From IMG/VR virus record IMGVR_UViG_3300045594_000630: 64,000 bases of DNA, one strand, 5' to 3'. Position numbers and translations under genes: made by a program. Below, piece after piece: positions 1 to 7,532 of the stretch; within the stretch, counting starts at the first letter, position 1, and every line of letters begins with the position of its first letter. The stretch comes from a virus. A model generated the notes under the pieces. The model saw nothing but the letters and a program-made list of their open reading frames with translations. It had not been told where the DNA came from and did no database searches.

Positions 1-189
1 ATGGGAAGCGTGTGGACAGTGGCGGGAGGAACATGCTGTCCACATCAGCGAGTAACGATCTGATCTCAATCTTCATGGTGTCAGGAATGTGGTCAATGAT
101 CGTCAAGGCAACGGGTTTCTTATCCATGAGGATGTCCTTGTATAGGGTCGATACTGATGTGAGGTCTTGCTCGATGCAGATCAACGATA

Positions 190-1002
190 TCAGAACGTGA
201 ACACGATCTTGAGTCTGCAGGTGTCAAGCAGCTTCAGATTGTATGAGAGACGATCGATGTCTGACAGCATGGACTGCAACGATCTGCTGCTACCGAGTCT
301 GGATAAGATCATGCCTTCAGGTGAGATCACCCATTCAGGATGCTGCGCGTCTTGATGGTCGAAGATCTTGGGCTTCCTGCCGATCCATGCAAGAGCTGGC
401 TTCATAGATGCGGACAGGTTGAGGACAGCGTCAGACCACGCTTCAGCATAAGCGGTCTTCACGCCCTCCTTCCTCAGATCGTTCCAGGTGATGTCCTCAT
501 TCCTGATAGCATCATAGATCCCGACACTTACCGTCTTATGAATGATCGTGCTGTCCTTACTGATCCCCTCCGACCATGACGCGATCTGCTCCAGTCCACC
601 CGAGTACAAGCCCATACGATCGAGTTCACCGTCTGATGAGACGCTCCGGACGTCTGACCACCATTCGGGTCTGCGCATGATCGAATCTGCGGAAGGCCTC
701 CATATGGGCTCGAAGATCAATGGTTCTCCAGATCTGTGATGATCCCGCACCATGCGGATGAGTCGCATGCTGATGAGCGCGCGGGCTGACGACATCTCCT
801 GGGATGCAGGTGTCCGCAGTGTCTTCATGACCGGGGGATCAGTCTTGTCATGATCTTCCAGCCAGGCCACGGCTGCATTCTTGTCCGTCCAGTGTCTCAT
901 GGGCTTCCCGTTCTTATCCCTATGATTACGGCACTGCTTCGGGTCTTTCGCATAGCATTTCTCAAGACGTCCATCAGATATGACCCAGGAGATCTTCGAC
1001 AT
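190..1002 (-). CDS. hypothetical protein with N-terminal G-x-C-x-A-x-C-x-H motif
   Basis: ORF track 190..1068; start moved to the ATG at 1002 (MSKISW) because the shared Cys/His motif then lies at the N-terminus, as in three other proteins here. Confidence 0.7.
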   Translation of the reverse strand: MSKISWVISDGRLEKCYAKDPKQCRNHRDKNGKPMRHWTDKNAAVAWLEDHDKTDPPVMKTLRTPASQEMSSARALISMRLIRMVRDHHRSGEPLIFEPIWRPSADSIMRRPEWWSDVRSVSSDGELDRMGLYSGGLEQIASWSEGISKDSTIIHKTVSVGIYDAIRNEDITWNDLRKEGVKTAYAEAWSDAVLNLSASMKPALAWIGRKPKIFDHQDAQHPEWVISPEGMILSRLGSSRSLQSMLSDIDRLSYNLKLLDTCRLKIVFTF

Positions 1003-1190
1003 GGTATGAAGATATGCAGATCTGGGCTCTTGTAGGATGCGGACAAGACCTGGCGGCGATGATAGCATCTACGGCCACCGGGTACGTCTGGACTCTCGTG
1101 GACACGCCGGCTAAGTAAGATCATAAAAAGTTTTTTGGCTACGGGTCTCAACGTTTAGAGCATATCTGCAAAAGATCTTCCTGATAGATG

Positions 1191-1219
1191 TTGCATTCAT
1201 GCTAGCTCCGTGATATATT
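1191..1219 (+). promoter_or_regulatory. sigma70-type promoter upstream of the stand-alone omega-RNA
   Basis: TTGCAT-17 nt-TATATT with extended -10 TG. Confidence 0.65.
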
Positions 1220-1224
1220 ATCTA

Positions 1225-1425
1225 TTGTATTTGAAAGTTAAACAACTTGAATACAAGTTCGGGTTGAGCACCGTGTTACAGACGGAACGCTCCTGGCGTC
1301 CGAGAGGCGTCAGTCAAACCCCTGCTAGTAATCAGGGTTGACGTGAACGAGGATTCTCGGTAACGGCGACGGGTTTAACCAAGAATAACGGTTACTAGCA
1401 ACTGTCAACGTTCATAGGGAACGCT
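1225..1425 (+). ncRNA. stand-alone TnpB omega-RNA scaffold (to about 1405) plus putative guide
   Basis: About 1249-1405 is colinear with the 3' ends of both tnpB elements; conserved GCTAGTAA/TTACTAGC pseudoknot and AACTGT end; no tnpB ORF upstream. Confidence 0.8.
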
Positions 1426-1446
1426 ACTGATAAGGAACTGGAGGTC

Positions 1447-1596
1447 ATGATGGCAGCATTGCGTACAGTCAAATCAATGCGGTCGGCTCTTCAGGGCCAG
1501 TGGCCGCTTCAATCAGCTATGGATTATCAGCGCCTGAGTAGCGCAACGGCGTGCCTGATTAAGCATGTCTTTAATCCAGCGAGGATGATTGCGTAA
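1447..1596 (+). CDS. small ORF, 49 aa (MMAALRTVKS...RMIA)
   Basis: GGAGG Shine-Dalgarno before ATG; followed by a terminator; too short for the ORF track. Confidence 0.45.
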   Translation: MMAALRTVKSMRSALQGQWPLQSAMDYQRLSSATACLIKHVFNPARMIA

Positions 1597-1617
1597 CGTT
1601 GTAGATCTGTGGAAACA

Positions 1618-1658
1618 GAAACGGCGCAATCTTATCACGGGGATTGCGCCGTTCTTTG
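1618..1658 (+). terminator. intrinsic terminator
   Basis: aacggcgcaatc/gattgcgccgtt stem followed by a T-rich tail. Confidence 0.65.
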
Positions 1659-1682
1659 TATCTGTCACATAATTGAAGATTA

Positions 1683-1756
1683 CGGGTCGTAGCCCAGCTT
1701 GGTAGGGCGCCTCGTTCGGGACGAGGAGGCCGCGGGTTCAAATCCCGCCAACCCGA
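1683..1756 (+). tRNA. tRNA-Pro(CGG)
   Basis: cctcg-ttCGGga-cgagg. Confidence 0.92.
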
Positions 1757-1847
1757 CACGCCGTGGGAACACGATTGTCAACGACCGTGTTATCATGGAT
1801 AACGCCGCGCTTCACGGAGCGTCGATAACTTAAGAATGCACCATCAA

Positions 1848-1921
1848 CGGGATGTAGCGCAGCTTGGTAGCGCGCTTGCTTTGGGAGCAAGATGCCGCAG
1901 GTTCGAATCCTGTCATCCCGA
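1848..1921 (+). tRNA. tRNA-Pro(TGG)
   Basis: cttgc-ttTGGga-gcaag. Confidence 0.95.
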
Positions 1922-2459
1922 CGATGATCGCCTGATTCTCGTGACTGACTGATCGAGTGACGCTCGTGAAGATCAGCCGCGATGGTGATCTGAATAACTG
2001 AATACAGAACTGCTCGCACCAGTTGGAAGCAAAGTGCGCGACGGCCCGGGTACCGGAATGTGAAAGAACTCACCCTGCTTGGTCACGAAGATCACCATGT
2101 AGTCGATGGTGCAGTGACGGAGCGCCTGAATACAGGATCGAGCATGGGGAAGCCATCGCCCTGATTCTTGAAGGTCCGTATGGATCTGATGGAGATGTAC
2201 ATTGTACGTCAGCAACGCGATGATAACTCATGAACGGGATTACCAGCGTCATTCATGGAATGTTGACGACCCGTAGACATAAACAAGTTCCTTCAGATTA
2301 TCTTCAAAACGATGCAGATCTGCGGTCGGTGCGATGCAGATCTGAGGTCGTCGTCCCACCGGTGAGATGCACCGGCAACCGTTGATGATGCTGTGACCGC
2401 ATCATTGACAGCACATGTGGTCATCGTCGTGCTGGCGGACGTGAAACGCCAGTTCTTAT

Positions 2460-2534
2460 TCCCCGGGAGCAACCTTCGGCGGCTGCGATCGACTGTTAAT
2501 CGATAGAGAGCTGGTTCGACTCCAGTCCGGGGAG
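2460..2534 (+). tRNA. tRNA-Asn(GTT), atypical D arm (G8)
   Basis: atcga-ctGTTaa-tcgat; acceptor tccccgg/ccgggga. Confidence 0.8.
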
Positions 2535-2736
2535 CGATGGTTGAAAAGGGCGAAGATTGTTAAAAGATTGCTCATCATTCTGAATCCACGTGGTAGCTCC
2601 TCGTGGACGATGATAGGAAAGTCCGGAATCGAAAACTGATGACGATCATACTCTGGTCAATGTGCCATACAATCGGGAGGTCCATATCGTAATTCAGCGA
2701 GGCCTAGCGAGTAATTGACCTCAAGGTCCATCCAAT

Positions 2737-2813
2737 GCTTTCATGGCCCAATCGGCAGAGGCGCAGGGCACACTGCAGACCTGTTCATACTGGTTCGACT
2801 CCAGTTGGAAGCA
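2737..2813 (+). pseudogene. Leu-body tRNA-like gene with a 10-nt scrambled anticodon loop
   Basis: Body matches 6485-6558; anticodon arm caggg-cacactgcag-acctg. Confidence 0.65.
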
Positions 2814-2926
2814 CGCAGTATCAGTAGGCTATGAGCTGGCAGCGTGACGCAAGTCATCTTGGTTATCTGTGACCACCAGCGAGCTGAATGCAATAGCAGA
2901 CGGGTGAGTGCAAGGCTCACCATCAT

Positions 2927-3011
2927 GGATGATTCGCATAGAGGCCTAGTGCACTTGTCTTGAAAACAAGAGTGGGTCACACCACCGGGGGTTCGAATCC
3001 CTCATCATCCG
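2927..3011 (+). tRNA. tRNA-Ser(TGA)
   Basis: cttgt-ctTGAaa-acaag; long variable arm. Confidence 0.92.
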
Positions 3012-3121
3012 CGACCCGTACGTTGGGTCCATCTGGCGACACGATGGATTGGCGGTCCATCTTCTCCTGGCGGGGGATAGCCGGTTGATGTGATCGCATA
3101 CGGATTGCATCGCATACAGAT

Positions 3122-3206
3122 GCCCTCATGGCTGGAATAGGTAGACGCGGACGGCTCAAACCCGTCTCCCGTAATGGGGATCTCGGTTCGACTCCGAGTG
3201 AGGGTA
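3122..3206 (+). tRNA. tRNA-Leu(CAA)
   Basis: gacgg-ctCAAac-ccgtc; long variable arm. Confidence 0.92.
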
Positions 3207-3471
3207 CGACGAACACATCGGGCGGCTTAATCACCCGTCCGGTCGTGGGCATACATATGTCGCGCGTGGACGTGATTGATCCACGTGGATAGCCCGTTGC
3301 CAGGCATGTCCCGGCGGAAGTTTGATGCAGATTCTGCGTAGTTCGTCTTCCGTTGGGATCACTTGAAGACAGGTGCGGCCCGTTGGCTGCGGTGGAAGTG
3401 GGGTCCGAGTACCCAACGGTACCGGTTAGACTCCGGCTCCGGCGCGTGGGAACTCATCCATCTCCATATCT

Positions 3472-3545
3472 GCTCTCTTAGCCCAATTGGTAGAGGCGAT
3501 AGACCAAGGATCTATTCAGTGCGGGTTCGAGTCCCGTGGAGAGCA
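3472..3545 (+). tRNA. tRNA-Leu(AAG), C33, short variable loop
   Basis: ataga-ccAAGga-tctat; same body as the Leu TAG and CAG genes. Confidence 0.8.
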
Positions 3546-3896
3546 CAGATCTCATGACATCCTTACGGATGTCCTCTGAGATTCAGGGTCGATTCACTGT
3601 GGTGGTGATGAACATGCTCAAGGCCCGTCATGCAAGCATAGGAGTATGGAGCGAAGTTCCTATGTGGCTGCTGGTGCTGCGTAAACTGGTCGCGGTACAC
3701 GAATAACCAGATGATGTCCGGACTACTTGCCGGACAGACATGACAAGCAAGATGCTAACCACTGATTGCTTCCAGCATTAAATTGACTGGATAATGGCGA
3801 GATGGTGAAAGCCCATCGAGTGGAGTTAAAACCCGCGGCTTAATTAACCGTGGGGATCAGGGAGACTATGAATCGATCTGTTCACGCCACGCTTAC

Positions 3897-3969
3897 GCCC
3901 TTATAGCTCAGATGGTAGAGCAGCTGACTCTTAATCAGCGTGTCCGGGGTTCGAGCCCCCGTGAGGGCA
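3897..3969 (+). tRNA. tRNA-Lys(CTT)
   Basis: gctga-ctCTTaa-tcagc. Confidence 0.95.
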
Positions 3970-4017
3970 CTTATGAGCATTGATAGCATTGTGGCGCATT
4001 GATGATCATATGATTAT

Positions 4018-4101
4018 GGATGGTAGGCTGAGCGGTTAAGGCGCCTGTTCGCTAAACAGGTTCGTGTCACAGCGTGGTGGGTTCGACTCCCGCATCATCC
4101 G
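4018..4101 (+). tRNA. tRNA-Ser(GCT) copy 1, C33
   Basis: cctgt-tcGCTaa-acagg; paralog of 11519-11602. Confidence 0.82.
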
Positions 4102-4224
4102 CGGTCGGTAGGGGTTGTCCTCACTGGGCGATCAGCGACCTCATGAGCGCACGCATGGGATCAGTCACAGATCGTTGCAGTGCAGAACCCCTTCAGAAGA
4201 TGGACTCCGTGAAGGTCCACGAAT

Positions 4225-4297
4225 GCCGTCATAGCTCAGATGGTAGAGCGGCGAGCTGAAACCTCGCAGGTCGCTGGTTCAAGTCCAGTTGTCGGCA
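4225..4297 (+). tRNA. tRNA-Phe(GAA)
   Basis: gcgag-ctGAAac-ctcgc. Confidence 0.93.
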
Positions 4298-4298
4298 C

Positions 4299-4382
4299 GG
4301 TGCGGCTGAGCGACGGTCGCTCAGGTGGCCGTAACCCACCCGTTCGTAATGAGCATTGCAGGTTCGAATCCTGTCCGCACCA
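4299..4382 (+). tRNA. tRNA-Tyr(GTA), C33, atypical D arm
   Basis: ggtgg-ccGTAac-ccacc; acceptor ggtgcgg/ccgcacc. Confidence 0.75.
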
Positions 4383-4406
4383 CTCAGATCTGAAACAGAT
4401 CTGTAT

Positions 4407-4477
4407 GCGTCCATCGTATAATGGTAGTACTTGAGCTTCCAAACCTCATGATCTGGGTTCGATTCCTAGTGGGCGTG
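4407..4477 (+). tRNA. tRNA-Trp(CCA), probable (Gly-like D arm)
   Basis: tgagc-ttCCAaa-cctca with a C31-C39 mismatch; G73 and acceptor resembling 7618-7690. Confidence 0.65.
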
Positions 4478-4629
4478 CGAGACCAAGCCGTGAGGTGAGG
4501 TCATGGTTGACTGCATGATCGCCTACAATGCGTGTGGCTAGACACTGAAGTCATGCAGACAGCGTCGTCACTGGTATCGGCGGTGACGGCAACCGGTTCT
4601 CGTGTCCGGCTTACCAAAATACGACCAAT

Positions 4630-4702
4630 GGGGGCATGGCGCAGCTGGTAGCGCAACTCCTCAGCAAGGAGTAGGTCGCGGGTCCGAGTCCCGCTGCTTC
4701 CA
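4630..4702 (+). tRNA. tRNA-Ala(AGC), C33, C55
   Basis: actcc-tcAGCaa-ggagt; G3-U70, A73. Confidence 0.82.
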
Positions 4703-4929
4703 CTTGGATCCATCAAGACAGGGCGGCGTCAGCAGCATGATGGATCCGCGACACGCCGGTGATTGAGATCGGGCTGACTATGTTACAATGGTATTGTCCA
4801 CGAAAACGATGGATCACCCGAAGCCTGATAACCTAATCTAAGTCAATCATCTGGATCCATTGTCCACAGCGTATGCTCAGGATGATGGCAGGATGTCAAA
4901 GTCCCCGCGATGACGATAAACCCGCGAAT

Positions 4930-5010
4930 GCCCCTATGGTAGGAATTGGTAGACACGGTCGACTTAAAATCGATTGCTTAGGCGTCCCGGTTCGAGTCCG
5001 GGTGGGGGTA
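4930..5010 (+). tRNA. tRNA-Leu(TAA)
   Basis: gtcga-ctTAAaa-tcgat. Confidence 0.92.
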
Positions 5011-5125
5011 CAAGGTCGCGCCTAGGCGCGACCGCTCATCGGATCCATGTGATTCGATGAGCATGCAGTACCGTGAGATGATGCGGGTTCGAGTCCGCCT
5101 GGCAATCATTAACGGTGACGGAGTT

Positions 5126-5197
5126 GATCTAGTAACTCAATGGCAGAAGCTACTCCATTTATTGTGGAAATGCGGGTTCGAATCCCGCCTAGTGATC
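5126..5197 (+). pseudogene. degenerate tRNA (loop ttTATtg)
   Basis: Intact T arm gcggg-ttcgaat-cccgc; 2-nt insertion in the acceptor; weak D arm. Confidence 0.45.
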
Positions 5198-5282
5198 CGT
5201 CACAGATGATGCTGTGCGTCAATGGCGCATTGGAATAGATTCAACATTCTAATGGGGCCAGTCATCCAGCGTCCGCATGAAT

Positions 5283-5356
5283 GCTTTCATAGCCCAATAG
5301 GTAGAGGCGATGGATTTAGGATCCATTCAGTGCTGGTTCGAGTCCAGTTGAAAGCA
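5283..5356 (+). tRNA. tRNA-Leu(TAG), short variable loop
   Basis: atgga-ttTAGga-tccat. Confidence 0.9.
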
Positions 5357-5359
5357 CAA

Positions 5360-5446
5360 TGTCCGAATCAACTTAACGGCAGAGCAGCGGCCGAAACGCC
5401 GTGCGCGGGTCATTCCCGGCCTGTAGGGTTCGACTCCCACCGGACA
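5360..5446 (+). pseudogene. class II tRNA-like gene with a 6-nt anticodon loop
   Basis: gcggc-cgaaac-gccgt; variable-arm hairpin; ttcgact T loop. Confidence 0.4.
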
Positions 5447-5587
5447 GGAGCTGTATGCAAGTGGTGACGATCATGAGCATACGGTTCACAGCGTGGCGAA
5501 GATCTTGACGATGATCTTCATCACGCACGTTTGGCTCTATCATCGCTTGGCGATGATTGCAAGGTTCATCCCAAGGAGCCAATTCAT

Positions 5588-5659
5588 GGCCGTGAGGTCC
5601 TACGGTTGGACGCCTGCCTGTCGAGCAGGTTGCAGCGGGTTCAACTCCCGTCATGGTCG
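5588..5659 (+). tRNA. tRNA-Asp(GTC) copy 1
   Basis: cctgc-ctGTCga-gcagg. Confidence 0.88.
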
Positions 5660-5904
5660 CAAGGTGCCTGGTGTCTGCGCCGAGGATCAGCCCCTGGCTG
5701 ATCCATGACACCCGGTGGAAACGGCATGGTGACATGAAAACAGCATGGATCCATGATACGCCCTCCGTCTGTTACTTTCCGTCGGTGATGCTGAGGCGGC
5801 GGGGTTAACGATCTGTATTGTAGCGGATCGCTGCCGGCACGACCACATGGTCTTGAATGGACATGAAGCATCTCACGTGACGTCCGTGAAGCGTCACTTA
5901 AATT

Positions 5905-5984
5905 GGTGCGTTGGCAGAGCGGCAAATGCGGCTGGCTGTAAACCAGCTCTTTCGGGTTCGGGGGTTCGAGTCCCTCACGCACCA
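5905..5984 (+). tRNA. tRNA-Tyr(GTA)
   Basis: gctgg-ctGTAaa-ccagc. Confidence 0.93.
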
Positions 5985-6129
5985 CACAACATGTTTGGAT
6001 GGGTTAAAGGACACCAATGGCCCCATCCTGTTGACAGTGCTCACTGTCAACAGCGTGTGATCGTGCAGTGCAGGTGCCCAGTCGACCACTGCACGGGATA
6101 GTCCTCATGATGACGATAAAAGCATGAAT

Positions 6130-6200
6130 GCCTCTATAGTTCAAAGGAAGAACTTCGGACTTTTAATCCGCAGATCGGATATCGTAATTCCGTGGGGGCA
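6130..6200 (+). tRNA. tRNA-Lys(TTT) with aberrant T loop ATCGTAA
   Basis: tcgga-ctTTTaa-tccgc; acceptor gcctcta/tgggggc. Confidence 0.7.
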
Positions 6201-6484
6201 CGATGGTCATGTGGATTGCAACTGCGTGATCACGACTCGAATCTGCAGATTCGGGAATATGGATGCAAGTGAGCACAAGCCGCTGGTTGTGGTTCGAATC
6301 CCGCTCCTCAATGGTTATACCGGCGAGGGCGCGCCAATCGGTAGAGCGGGCGGCTGAACTCAACTGCATTCATCATGCAAGCATGTGGGGGTGTTCGACT
6401 CCCGCCTAGGGGCTCCATCGTGAGAGCGGTGGACACGCCCTTGGTGGTCTAGGGGTCATGGCGCTTCATATTGCTTGCACTTAT

Positions 6485-6558
6485 GCTTCCATAGCCCAAC
6501 AGGTAGAGGCGCAGGCTTCAGGAGTCTGTCAGTGCCGGTTCGAATCCAGTTGGAAGCA
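6485..6558 (+). tRNA. tRNA-Leu(CAG), short variable loop
   Basis: caggc-ttCAGga-gtctg. Confidence 0.88.
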
Positions 6559-6695
6559 CGGGCCACTAAAGATGTGAGTTCGCTCTGAAATCTAGCTAGA
6601 TACATCAATTGACCAAGGATGGTAACGTTGCGGAGTCATGATCCGTATGACGCGGATGTCACACGATGTTGGCATCATGCATCACCATTCGATAT

Positions 6696-6769
6696 GCTCT
6701 CATAGCCCAATGGATCAGAGCGCTTGTCTACGGAACAAGAGGGTGCGGGTTCGAGTCCCGCTGGGAGCA
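6696..6769 (+). tRNA. tRNA-Arg(ACG)
   Basis: cttgt-ctACGga-acaag. Confidence 0.93.
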
Positions 6770-6795
6770 CCGTGACCACATGGTGTGGTCATTAT

Positions 6796-6866
6796 TGCCC
6801 ATTCGTCTAACGGCAGGACGAAGGTCTTTGGTACCTTTAAAGTTGGTTCGAATCCAGCATGGGCAG
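6796..6866 (+). tRNA. tRNA-Gln(TTG)
   Basis: aaggt-ctTTGgt-acctt. Confidence 0.92.
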
Positions 6867-6867
6867 C

Positions 6868-6940
6868 GCTTCTCTGGCTCAATGGTTACAGCATCTGACT
6901 CTTAATCAGAGGATTGTGGGTTCGATCCCCACGGGGAGCA
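6868..6940 (+). tRNA. tRNA-Lys(CTT) copy 2
   Basis: tctga-ctCTTaa-tcaga. Confidence 0.9.
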
Positions 6941-6974
6941 CTTGGGGACATTCTGGTGACAGATGTCTACCATA

Positions 6975-7014
6975 GGGGCGGCTATATACCATGGTTCAAA
7001 TCCATGGCGCTCCA
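6975..7014 (+). ncRNA. tRNA-Ala-like minihelix (acceptor plus T arm only)
   Basis: ggggcg/cgctcc with G3-U70 and A73; ccatgg-ttcaaat-ccatgg; 8-nt linker replaces the D and anticodon arms. Confidence 0.5.
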
Positions 7015-7056
7015 CGACGGATGATGTCAGATCTGCTCCACATCGTCCTCACGTAT

Positions 7057-7129
7057 TGCTTGATAGCGCAACTGGGAACGCGCTCCGCTCTGGACGGAGA
7101 GATTGCAGGTCCGAATCCTGCTCAAGCAG
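7057..7129 (+). tRNA. tRNA-Gln(CTG), C55
   Basis: ctccg-ctCTGga-cggag. Confidence 0.88.
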
Positions 7130-7217
7130 CTTCACAGGTTTGGTGGCTAGCGTCGGCGGGTTGATACTGCCGACGCCCGTAGCGAGGGAGAGTCCTCGTG
7201 CAGATCTGTGGATTCTT

Positions 7218-7292
7218 GCCCTTGTAGCTCAGCGGATCAGAGCATCGGTCCTCGGAACCGAGTTGTCGCAGGTTCGAATCCTGTCAGGGGCA
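7218..7292 (+). tRNA. tRNA-Arg(TCG), C33
   Basis: tcggt-ccTCGga-accga. Confidence 0.85.
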
Positions 7293-7330
7293 CTGGCGAT
7301 GGTGCAGGCAGTGATGCTTGCGGATCGCCT

Positions 7331-7375
7331 GCAGCGTCACCGGGTCAGGGTGGGAACACAGCAGCCCAGCGCTGT
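7331..7375 (+). ncRNA. ffs: minimal SRP (4.5S-like) RNA, domain IV/helix 8
   Basis: cagcgt-cacc-ggg-tcagg-gtg-GGAA-cac-agcag-ccc-a-gcgctg: GGAA tetraloop with the symmetric and asymmetric loops of the SRP consensus. Confidence 0.8.
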
Positions 7376-7377
7376 TT

Positions 7378-7450
7378 GGGGTTGTAGCTCAGATGGTAGA
7401 GCGCTTCGTTCGCATCGAAGAGGTCGCGGGTTCGACTCCCGCTAATTCCA
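7378..7450 (+). tRNA. tRNA-Ala(CGC)
   Basis: cttcg-ttCGCat-cgaag; G3-U70. Confidence 0.92.
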
Positions 7451-7532
7451 CTGACCTTGGATCTGGTCTTACCATTGATGGGGCGCTTAGCTCCGTCATC
7501 TTCTGTACCTAGGCTGGTCCGAGTGTCTTCAT

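Noticed and set aside
2612-2630. GGAAAGTCCGG resembling RNase P CR-I, and a nearby CTGATGA resembling a hammerhead core
   Set aside because: No CR-V/P4 partner, and no stem II-GAAA in the required order
3373-3446. tRNA-like shape with a TTAGACT T loop and possible CGA loop
   Set aside because: Acceptor and D arms do not pair convincingly; at best a remnant
5050-5110. Isolated T-arm-like hairpin (others at about 6290 and 6392)
   Set aside because: No complete cloverleaf; treated as decayed tRNA fragments
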